Below are positions 1 to 5,905 of a stretch of DNA of 13,084 nt, piece after piece. Every line of letters starts with the position of its first letter. The stretch's first letter is position 1. The stretch is from a virus, in the IMG/VR virus record IMGVR_UViG_3300045988_063681, positions 1 through 13,084 of that record, one strand, 5' to 3'. The notes under the pieces are model-generated. The model saw only the letters and a program-made list of their open reading frames with translations. It ran no database searches and had not been told where the DNA came from. The translations under genes were made by a program, and so were the position numbers.

Positions 1-222
1 AAACTTGGCAAGACAAACCTGTGAACAAATTGTTAACATTTCCCCAATCTGTTCATATTTCGTTCATAATTGTAAAACTGGCATGAATCTTGCTAGGCAA
101 CTATAACATTAAATTGTCTGACAATATCATATAAAGTCTGTCACTTATTCTGTTGACATTTAGTTCAAATGAACTATAATAGACTTATCAAATAAATCAA
201 GCAACAGCCATAAGGTAGGAGG
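1..222. repeat. Left inverted terminal repeat (ITR-L), 222 bp
   Basis: 1-222 is the reverse complement of 12863-13084, checked block by block, with one mismatch (A173 vs the equivalent G, C12912 on the + strand). The window begins 5'-AAA. Identity stops directly after the AGGAGG SD at 217-222. No ORF lies in 1-150. Confidence 0.95.
153..180 (+). promoter_or_regulatory. Early promoter inside ITR-L, sigma-A type
   Basis: TTGACA (153-158), 16-nt spacer, TATAAT (175-180). Predicted +1 is near 187. It is followed by a ~30-nt leader and AGGAGG (217-222). The palindrome AGTTCA-AA-TGAACT (162-175) fills the spacer. Confidence 0.7.
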
Positions 223-231
223 GTGAATGAT

Positions 232-474
232 ATGAGAAAAGGAATGATTTTAAATGGACGATATAGAGTATATGTTGGAAAAGAAATCATAACTATTGAA
301 ACAAGTTGGGGGTGTTCATACACACTTTATAAGGAGTATAATGGAACAAGATACTTTGCTGATGCTTCTGACGGGTTTGATGAAGTTGAGGAAATCAATG
401 CATCAAGTGATCAGGAAGCTATTGAGTTATTTAAAGAGATTATGAGATTAAAAGAGGATGAACAGGAGCAGTAA
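232..474 (+). CDS. Hypothetical early protein (80 aa, acidic C-terminus)
   Basis: The ORF track gives 223-474 with a GTG start. I prefer in-frame ATG232, 9 nt after AGGAGG 217-222, because GTG223 abuts the SD. It is the first gene after the ITR promoter. The C-terminal tail is acidic (...KEDEQEQ). I recognise no family. Confidence 0.6.
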   Translation: MRKGMILNGRYRVYVGKEIITIETSWGCSYTLYKEYNGTRYFADASDGFDEVEEINASSDQEAIELFKEIMRLKEDEQEQ

Positions 475-849
475 ATGAAATCAAAATACAAAAAAATTAA
501 GTACACAAACACCGGGGTAAAAGCCCCGGTAGTTATTATTAAAAAATCCAACCCAGATCTTAATAGGTCTGACATGTTAGAAGTTAACTACCCAGAAATG
601 ATAATAACTATACGTAGAATGTTGAGAAAAACTATGTACAATCGTGCAAAATCTTTAATAACTGTTGAATCAGATCATTTTATTGCTTCTTTTCATGTTT
701 ACGATACTATTAATGATGCAAGAGTTGTGTGTGAAAATCTTTACTTAATTATTAAAAAACCAGAATTAGATTTCCGCATAACAACTAGGGAATATGATAG
801 CATTTATGATTATATGAAGGAAGTGATATACAATGCCAAAGAATCCTAA
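475..849 (+). CDS. Hypothetical early protein (124 aa, very basic N-terminus)
   Basis: ATG475 immediately follows the TAA of the previous ORF, with AGGAG 7 nt upstream. The N-terminus MKSKYKKIKYTNTGVK...IIKK is lysine-rich. By position it corresponds to the phi29 early DNA-binding or SSB genes, but I recognise no sequence similarity. Confidence 0.55.
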   Translation: MKSKYKKIKYTNTGVKAPVVIIKKSNPDLNRSDMLEVNYPEMIITIRRMLRKTMYNRAKSLITVESDHFIASFHVYDTINDARVVCENLYLIIKKPELDFRITTREYDSIYDYMKEVIYNAKES

Positions 850-1453
850 AATTCCAACCACCTCAAAGGGTTTGAATACCAACCCAAAAATGCTTACTAC
901 GCTGGAAGCTTTACAGCTCCGCAGACAGCTTGCAAAACGCCTAAATCAGCGTATGCGTAGGTTAAAAGCAAAAGGTTTTGATGCAGAAGTCGGCGGAGCT
1001 TATGCAGACTATCAGGACTTGCTTGCAAGATTTTTCCCGGGTAGATCAACAATCCCGGAAAACTTGGAAAATGAAAAATACAAGGGATTGCCTAGAACTC
1101 AGGTAAAAGCCATACAAAAAATACTGAAAGAAAAAAGCAGCACTGTGCAAGGCTGGCGTGAGATCATAGATAAGCGCCAAAAGGTCCTCAGTGATAAATA
1201 TGGCATTACATTTAAGTCAAAAGCAGAAATGAAACTTTTTTTCAAGTCTGAGGTCTGGAAGTGGATGCAGACTTTTTATGACAGCAAGCAAACTATGAGG
1301 ATAATAAGTCATAAACTTGATAAATCTACAGTCAAAAAAATAATAGAGGACTTAGAGCAGTTCAGGGAGCGTACAGATGAGGAAATGGCTGATGTGATTG
1401 CGAAACGTCTTGGTTTTTCTGGCGAAGCAGAAGCTTTGAAGTATAGACCATAG
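833..1453 (+). CDS. Candidate terminal (priming) protein, 206 aa
   Basis: The ORF overlaps the upstream ORF by 17 nt and ends 15 nt before the polymerase start. The order terminal protein then polymerase is conserved in phi29, Cp-1 and PRD1. The protein is basic and predicted helical (RRQLAKRLNQRMRRLKAKG). The call rests on synteny only, because terminal proteins diverge beyond recognition. Confidence 0.45.
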   Translation: MPKNPKIPTTSKGLNTNPKMLTTLEALQLRRQLAKRLNQRMRRLKAKGFDAEVGGAYADYQDLLARFFPGRSTIPENLENEKYKGLPRTQVKAIQKILKEKSSTVQGWREIIDKRQKVLSDKYGITFKSKAEMKLFFKSEVWKWMQTFYDSKQTMRIISHKLDKSTVKKIIEDLEQFRERTDEEMADVIAKRLGFSGEAEALKYRP

Positions 1454-1468
1454 CAGGGAGGTAAAGTA

Positions 1469-3592
1469 ATGGTAGTCGCAGGATATCCGGTTATTTATTT
1501 CAAAAACTATGATTATATGCGACTGTTCAATGCTGATTTTATCCGGCGATCCAACGCAGGGCATTATCTAGGTGTCTATGAAAAAATAATAACTGTAGAT
1601 ACAGAAACTTTCGTTTATCTCAATAAAGATATCGGTTTTGTAACAGACTGGACAATCACCATAGAGGATGATTGCTGTATTTACGGCAATCATGTTTCTG
1701 ATCTGATTGATACGATAGACAGGATCTGTACAACTTTACATGCTGACGATAGCCACCTTGTGAGGTTTTATGTGCATAACTTCCCTTATGACTATGTGTT
1801 TCTCCGAAATCATTTTTTCCAAAAATGGGGGAACCCTGACAAATCATTAGCTGCTAAAACACATAAGTATATTTTTATGAAATGGACAGGTCAAGGCATT
1901 GAGTTCCGGGACAGCCTTATCTTGACACAGCGATCATTAGAGAAGTTGTGTAAAGACATGGGAACAACTGAAAAAGCTGTCGGAACATGGGACTATAAGA
2001 AATTCCGAACGCCAGCAAGTCCACGTACAGCAAAAGAAATAGCATACGTTTGCACAGATACAATCAGTCTATGCAAGGCATTACGCAAATACATAGATCA
2101 GAGAGGATTCAACGTGGCAAATTGTCCGTTGACAAATACAGGGTTTATCCGGATGAACGCCCGCAGGAGAGCAAGAAAAGACAAGAAATGGAGAAAGCAA
2201 TTTGAGCAAATGGCTCTGACGTTAGAACAGTATGACCAGATGCTTGATTGCTATCATGGTGGCTATACTCATGCAAACAGGTATTATGTTAACCAACTGA
2301 TAAAAGACCCTGTTGAGTGCTATGATTTTGTAAGCTCATACATTGCCTGGATGTGCTATTGTAAGTTTCCAATGACTAGGTTTTGTTATACTAACAGTAT
2401 CACATTAAAAGACATCATGGAGCTTAAGGAAGAGTATGCTTTTTCCGGCTATATAAGATTAAAAAATCTGAGACTGAAAAAAGACTGCCCTATGCCCCCG
2501 CTTGCTTTTTCAAAAGCAAAAGTTTGCATTTTTCCGGAAGCCAAAAGCAAAAAGGAACAGTTCCATGACAACTTGGATAATGGAAAGATCGTTAATGCTG
2601 ATCTTGTCATATATCCATTTACTGACCCGGATTTAGAGGTCATTCTGTCAACTTATGAATACGAGTGGGCTGACGTGTCAAAAGTCATGAGGGCTACAAA
2701 AGACTACTTGCCGCAGTGGTTTACTGATTACTTGATGGAATTATTTTTTAAAAAATGTACACTTAAGGGTTTGGATGAAGCAAACTACATGATATCAAAA
2801 GGTGAGTTAAATGGCATGTACGGAATGACTGTACAAAGAATTATACAGATTTTATGCACTGAGTTAATGGAGTCCGGAGAGTGGGAAGCAAAAGAACCGG
2901 AGGACAGAGAAAAGGAACTTGAAAAGTTTTATAAGAATAAGAATAGCTTTATGCCCTATCAGTGGGGTGTATGGATCACAGCGTATGCACAAGCTTATTT
3001 GTTCCGGTTGGGTTCCTGTTGCCGGAAGTGGTTATACTCTGACACAGATTCCGTAAAAGGGACAGATTGGGATCATGATAAACTGGATGAGTTTAATCAA
3101 TCCATCATTTGTATGTCACAAAAGAGAAACATTGGAGTGGTAGAGTATAAAGGAAAAACCTTTCGGCTTGGAATTGCTGAGTTTGATGGACTATATTCAG
3201 AGTTTAAAACGATGGGTAGCAAGCGTTATTGCTATAGATTGAAAAAAGATGAATCCTTGCATCTGACGGTCGCAGGAGTTCCAAAAGAGGGTGTCTATTG
3301 TCTTGATGATGAGATCACAAATTTTCGAAAAGGGTTTGTTTTCAAAAATGATTTGATCTTCCGCAGGAACTACCGCAGATCAAATGACTGGCAGGATCCC
3401 AAATGGAAGATGAAGACGGAATATATATTTCATGATGGTGTCAATGAATTAACAATTGACGGATGCAAGATTGAATATGCATGTGCCATACGCTTGAGTG
3501 ATACAGAGTATGAGCTAGATCACACAATTCCATATGACAAGGAAACAGGACTGCCGCTGCCGTTTGAGATGGAAGATACCGTATACGGATAA
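1469..3592 (+). CDS. Protein-primed family-B DNA polymerase (phi29 gp2-like), 707 aa
   Basis: SD GGGAGG lies upstream of ATG1469. Motifs found: ExoI VDTETF (D44 at 1598-1600); ExoII HNFPYDYVF; ExoIII YVCTDTISL; motif A YDFVSSY; motif B KGELNGMYG (Kx3NSxYG type); motif C YSDTDS (3035-3052); KxY motif SKRYCY. Confidence 0.95.
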   Translation: MVVAGYPVIYFKNYDYMRLFNADFIRRSNAGHYLGVYEKIITVDTETFVYLNKDIGFVTDWTITIEDDCCIYGNHVSDLIDTIDRICTTLHADDSHLVRFYVHNFPYDYVFLRNHFFQKWGNPDKSLAAKTHKYIFMKWTGQGIEFRDSLILTQRSLEKLCKDMGTTEKAVGTWDYKKFRTPASPRTAKEIAYVCTDTISLCKALRKYIDQRGFNVANCPLTNTGFIRMNARRRARKDKKWRKQFEQMALTLEQYDQMLDCYHGGYTHANRYYVNQLIKDPVECYDFVSSYIAWMCYCKFPMTRFCYTNSITLKDIMELKEEYAFSGYIRLKNLRLKKDCPMPPLAFSKAKVCIFPEAKSKKEQFHDNLDNGKIVNADLVIYPFTDPDLEVILSTYEYEWADVSKVMRATKDYLPQWFTDYLMELFFKKCTLKGLDEANYMISKGELNGMYGMTVQRIIQILCTELMESGEWEAKEPEDREKELEKFYKNKNSFMPYQWGVWITAYAQAYLFRLGSCCRKWLYSDTDSVKGTDWDHDKLDEFNQSIICMSQKRNIGVVEYKGKTFRLGIAEFDGLYSEFKTMGSKRYCYRLKKDESLHLTVAGVPKEGVYCLDDEITNFRKGFVFKNDLIFRRNYRRSNDWQDPKWKMKTEYIFHDGVNELTIDGCKIEYACAIRLSDTEYELDHTIPYDKETGLPLPFEMEDTVYG

Positions 3593-3615
3593 AATGTTAT
3601 AAATCTGTAATAGTT

Positions 3616-3643
3616 TTGTAACATAAATAATTTACAATATAAA
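3616..3643 (+). promoter_or_regulatory. Possible internal promoter for the micro-ORF/SpoVG/ATPase block
   Basis: TTGTAA (3616-3621), 16 nt, TATAAA (3638-3643), in the 67-nt gap after the polymerase stop. The -35 element is also one arm of an inverted repeat, TTGTAA-N10-TTACAA (3616-3637). The match to consensus is weak. Confidence 0.3.
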
Positions 3644-3659
3644 CAGGAGGTGTAAAACT

Positions 3660-3773
3660 ATGAAAAAATTCTGGAGGGAAAATAAAGAAGATTTAAGTAC
3701 CCTTTTCTGGACTTGCGTTACTTTTGCTTGCATGTTTGCAAGCTGTCAGGTATGGTTATTGTTAGGTGATTAA
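3660..3773 (+). CDS. Small hydrophobic protein, 37 aa (below the ORF-track cutoff)
   Basis: ATG3660 is 8 nt after AGGAGGTG (3645-3652). Hand translation gives MKKFWRENKEDLSTLFWTCVTFACMFASCQVWLLLGD, a charged N-terminus followed by one likely transmembrane segment. TAA is at 3771-3773. Confidence 0.5.
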   Translation: MKKFWRENKEDLSTLFWTCVTFACMFASCQVWLLLGD

Positions 3774-3948
3774 ATTAGTAGATTCAGCAAACAAAGATTT
3801 TAATAATGGATTTACTAGTTTATATGATTTGAAAATCTATGTATCAAAAGTATTGTTTTCCTATTTAGAGGATTTAGTATGTGAACCAGAAACATGGGAG
3901 GACAATATGTTTCGTCTGAATGAGTGGATGGATTCATTAAGACATTAA
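3766..3948 (+). CDS. Hypothetical protein, 60 aa
   Basis: Track ORF. GTG3766 is the first codon after an in-frame TAG and overlaps the stop of the preceding micro-ORF (GTGATTAA), so reinitiation is plausible. The SD is poor. I recognise no family. Confidence 0.35.
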   Translation: MIKLVDSANKDFNNGFTSLYDLKIYVSKVLFSYLEDLVCEPETWEDNMFRLNEWMDSLRH

Positions 3949-3962
3949 GGAGGTGAAGAAAA

Positions 3963-4100
3963 TTGGTTGATATGTCTGAAATCTATGAAACATTGCGGAC
4001 AAGCAGCCTGAGAAAAGTAACCTATGAAGATGATGAGATCACTATCGTAGCTTACAAGGTGGGAAAAATCATTAGAATTGATGTAAAGGAGATTAAATAA
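3963..4100 (+). CDS. Hypothetical protein, 45 aa (42 aa if ATG3972 is used)
   Basis: AAGGAGGTG (3948-3956) is followed 6 nt later by TTG3963, which is in frame with ATG3972. Hand translation gives (MVD)MSEIYETLRTSSLRKVTYEDDEITIVAYKVGKIIRIDVKEIK, with TAA at 4098-4100. It is preferred over the antisense track ORF 3945-4127, which has no SD. Confidence 0.5.
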   Translation: MVDMSEIYETLRTSSLRKVTYEDDEITIVAYKVGKIIRIDVKEIK

Positions 4101-4101
4101 A

Positions 4102-4401
4102 ATGTTGAAATCAAATGTAAAAATCACATGCAGAGCTTATAATGGAAACTCAAAAACAAAAGCTTTTATTGATCTGGAAATGGATGAGACCCTTGTAATT
4201 AAAGGACTTACATTGGTTGAGGGAAAAAATGGTCTGTTCCTGACATTCCCAAGCACAAAGGGAAAAAAGGGAAAATATTATAATTCCGTGTATTCAATTG
4301 ATAAAGAATGGAAAGAGTCTCTTCAGGATGCTTGCATCAAAAAATACAATGAATGTAACCCGGCTAAGCAGCCAACATCCTCTGGGGGTGGATTTCAATA
4401 A
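4102..4401 (+). CDS. spoVG: SpoVG-family DNA/RNA-binding protein, 99 aa
   Basis: KAFIDLEMDETLVIKGLTLVEGKNGLFLTFPSTKGKKGKYYNSVYSIDKEWKESLQDACIKKY aligns with the SpoVG core as I recall it ([43 protein letters not shown].HPIN....KIQDAVL.EY). AAGGAG lies upstream. Its stop overlaps the ATPase start (TAATG, 4399-4403). Confidence 0.85.
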   Translation: MLKSNVKITCRAYNGNSKTKAFIDLEMDETLVIKGLTLVEGKNGLFLTFPSTKGKKGKYYNSVYSIDKEWKESLQDACIKKYNECNPAKQPTSSGGGFQ

Positions 4402-5447
4402 TGAACATCTATGATAGAAATGGCTGGCTGGACGTTCCAAGGATCGTCCAGCTGGCTGATAAAAATAAAATTAACTTTATCTTTATCATTGGGGCACGAC
4501 GAACTGGAAAAACGTATGGTATTTTCCAGCACTTCATCAATGATATTTTTTCCAAAAATGAGAAGATCATTTACATGCGTCGGACCAAAGAGCAGCTAAC
4601 AAAAGTTTTTCTTCCGGAGTTTGATCCATGGCTGGACATAAACAAAGACATGAACAGATTTTTTCACTTCGAGAAACCAAGAGGTGAATACGGACGTATT
4701 AAAATAATGGAACAAACAGAGGATGAAGAAGTTTATAGAGGTGAGGCTTTTTGTCTTACTTCCATGCATAACAACCGTGGTTTCTCCGGATCTGATTTTT
4801 CGGAGGGGATTTATGATGAGTTTATTCCGGAGAAGATTGCCAAGTCAATCAGTGGGGAAGATGATGCTTTTTTGAACGCTGTCGAAACAATCTCTGCAAA
4901 CAGGGAGTTGCAAGGAAAGAAACCGTTCCGCTGGTGGTTGGCTTCCAACTCGAACACATTGGATAACGCAATTGTGCAGGCTTTCGGACTGTTGCCAATC
5001 TTGGAGCGAATGAAAAAGAACAAGCAGGAGTTTTCTTTACTCAAAGAGCGAGGAATCATACTTGTATTAATTAATGATTCACCAATTTCTGAGAAGAAGA
5101 AAAACACTGCCCTTTATCGTGCATTATCCAACGATACAGACTTTGCAAAGATGGCATTATCGAATGAATTTGCATATGATGATACCTCAGCTGTCAAATC
5201 AGAGGACATCCGGCAATACAAGCTAATTTGTGTGATCGGAAAAGTGGCTATTTATGAGCATAAGTCAAAGGCACACTTGTATGTGTCAGATCATATATCG
5301 GGATCTTGCAAGGATGTATTTGAAGATAGTCAGCATGGTAAAGATCAATTTAGGTGCTTTTATAGCTGGATTGAGAGCTATCGTCTGACAAATAGAATCA
5401 GCTACCAGAATATTTCGGTAAAATTCTATATTGACAAACTATTTTAA
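4401..5447 (+). CDS. DNA packaging (encapsidation) ATPase, phi29 gp16-like, 348 aa
   Basis: Walker A is IIGARRTGKTY (G31-T38, 4491-4514), followed by IIYMRRTKEQL; compare phi29 gp16 VIGARGIGKSY...FIYVRRYKPEL as recalled. Walker B is GIYDEFIPEK (phi29 IVFDEFIREK). WWLASNSN matches CICLSNA. The size matches gp16. Confidence 0.93.
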   Translation: MNIYDRNGWLDVPRIVQLADKNKINFIFIIGARRTGKTYGIFQHFINDIFSKNEKIIYMRRTKEQLTKVFLPEFDPWLDINKDMNRFFHFEKPRGEYGRIKIMEQTEDEEVYRGEAFCLTSMHNNRGFSGSDFSEGIYDEFIPEKIAKSISGEDDAFLNAVETISANRELQGKKPFRWWLASNSNTLDNAIVQAFGLLPILERMKKNKQEFSLLKERGIILVLINDSPISEKKKNTALYRALSNDTDFAKMALSNEFAYDDTSAVKSEDIRQYKLICVIGKVAIYEHKSKAHLYVSDHISGSCKDVFEDSQHGKDQFRCFYSWIESYRLTNRISYQNISVKFYIDKLF

Positions 5448-5459
5448 AAATAGTATATT
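5431..5459 (+). promoter_or_regulatory. Near-consensus promoter within the 3' end of the ATPase gene (candidate late or small-RNA promoter)
   Basis: TTGACA (5431-5436), 17 nt, TATATT (5454-5459). Predicted +1 is near 5466-5467. The spacer contains the 15-nt palindrome CTATTTTAAAAATAG (5439-5453). Confidence 0.55.
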
Positions 5460-5466
5460 TTATATA

Positions 5467-5544
5467 GGTCAACGTGGCTACATCGACCGTCGGAAGCGGA
5501 TGCCGTGGGATGATTACCCGGAAGCGTTGACCTATTTTAATTTT
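5467..5544 (+). ncRNA. Candidate structured RNA: GC-rich three-way junction closed by an 8-bp stem and followed by a U-tract
   Basis: GGTCAACG (5467-5474) is perfectly complementary to CGTTGACC (5525-5532), followed by TATTTTAATTTT (5533-5544). Hand folding gives two internal hairpins (about 5481-5502 and 5503-5521). 5467-5532 is 40/66 G+C by hand count within an AT-rich genome. It starts at the predicted +1 of the 5431 promoter. Function is unknown. Confidence 0.35.
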
Positions 5545-5577
5545 CACTTCCGGCAGAAAAGGAGAAAAAAGAAAAAA

Positions 5578-5892
5578 ATGAAAGTAGATCAGATTTTAGA
5601 ACTGGGAAAACTTGGATTTACGAAAAATGAAATTTTAGGGATTCTGAACGCCCAGAACATGACTGGGCTTAATCAGATCACAAGCTCACAGGGTACAGAA
5701 CAGATTGTAAATACTCCACTGAATCTGACAGCACAGACAGGACAGGATACAACCAATGCAGCATTGCTGACAGCAATCAATACTTTGACTGCTACGTTAC
5801 AGGCTGGGAACCTGTCAGCATCCGGAAAAACTGGAACTACTCAGCGTACTTCCGACAATGTGGCAGAAGATTTAATGAAACTCATGAACTAA
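5578..5892 (+). CDS. Putative scaffolding protein, 104 aa
   Basis: The track ORF 5431-5892 starts at a TTG inside the ATPase gene and reads through the structured region. I prefer ATG5578 (MKVDQILELGKLGF...) downstream of AAAGGAG, although the 13-nt spacing is long. It is a small helical T/Q-rich protein directly upstream of the capsid gene, like phi29 gp7. The call rests on position only. Confidence 0.5.
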   Translation: MKVDQILELGKLGFTKNEILGILNAQNMTGLNQITSSQGTEQIVNTPLNLTAQTGQDTTNAALLTAINTLTATLQAGNLSASGKTGTTQRTSDNVAEDLMKLMN

Positions 5893-5905
5893 GGAGGTGT
5901 AAATA

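Noticed and set aside
1352-2643. Minus-strand track ORFs 1352-1564, 1656-1847 and 2449-2643
   Set aside because: They are antisense to, and nested in, the terminal-protein candidate and the motif-supported polymerase gene. They have no SD, and their composition is Cys/His/Ser-rich junk typical of antisense frames.
3579-3588. The palindrome CCGTATACGG at the end of the polymerase gene as a terminator
   Set aside because: As a hairpin it could form only about 3 bp around a 4-nt loop, and no U-tract follows. It is probably coincidental or a restriction-type palindrome.
3945-4127. Minus-strand 60-aa ORF
   Set aside because: It has no SD and opposes the operon direction. The + strand here has a strong AAGGAGGTG-led ORF (3963-4100) followed by the SpoVG start.
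4411-5107. Alternative-frame + ORF 4411-4599 and antisense ORF 4811-5107 inside the ATPase gene
   Set aside because: The Walker A/B-supported frame (4401-5447) explains the region, and these overlapping frames have no initiation signals.
5467-5532. tRNA gene
   Set aside because: The region is only 66 nt and forms a three-way rather than a four-way junction. There is no U8, no T-loop (the loop is AUGAUUA, not TTCRANY), three extra nt lie between the last hairpin and the closing stem, and there is no plausible anticodon arm.
5565-5571. A AAA AAG slippery heptamer as a programmed -1 frameshift site
   Set aside because: The upstream open frame and the downstream ORF are already in the same frame, so no shift is needed. 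The A-run is better explained as an SD-to-start spacer.
5431-5577. The TTG5431 start (track) or ATG5500 start, which would make the structured region the N-terminus of the scaffold protein
   Set aside because: TTG5431 lies inside the ATPase gene and coincides with a -35 hexamer, and neither start has an SD. The encoded segment (GQRGYIDRRKRMPWDDYPEALTYFNFHFRQKRRKKKK) looks like translated GC-rich structure plus an A-run. This is not fully excluded; see the finding.
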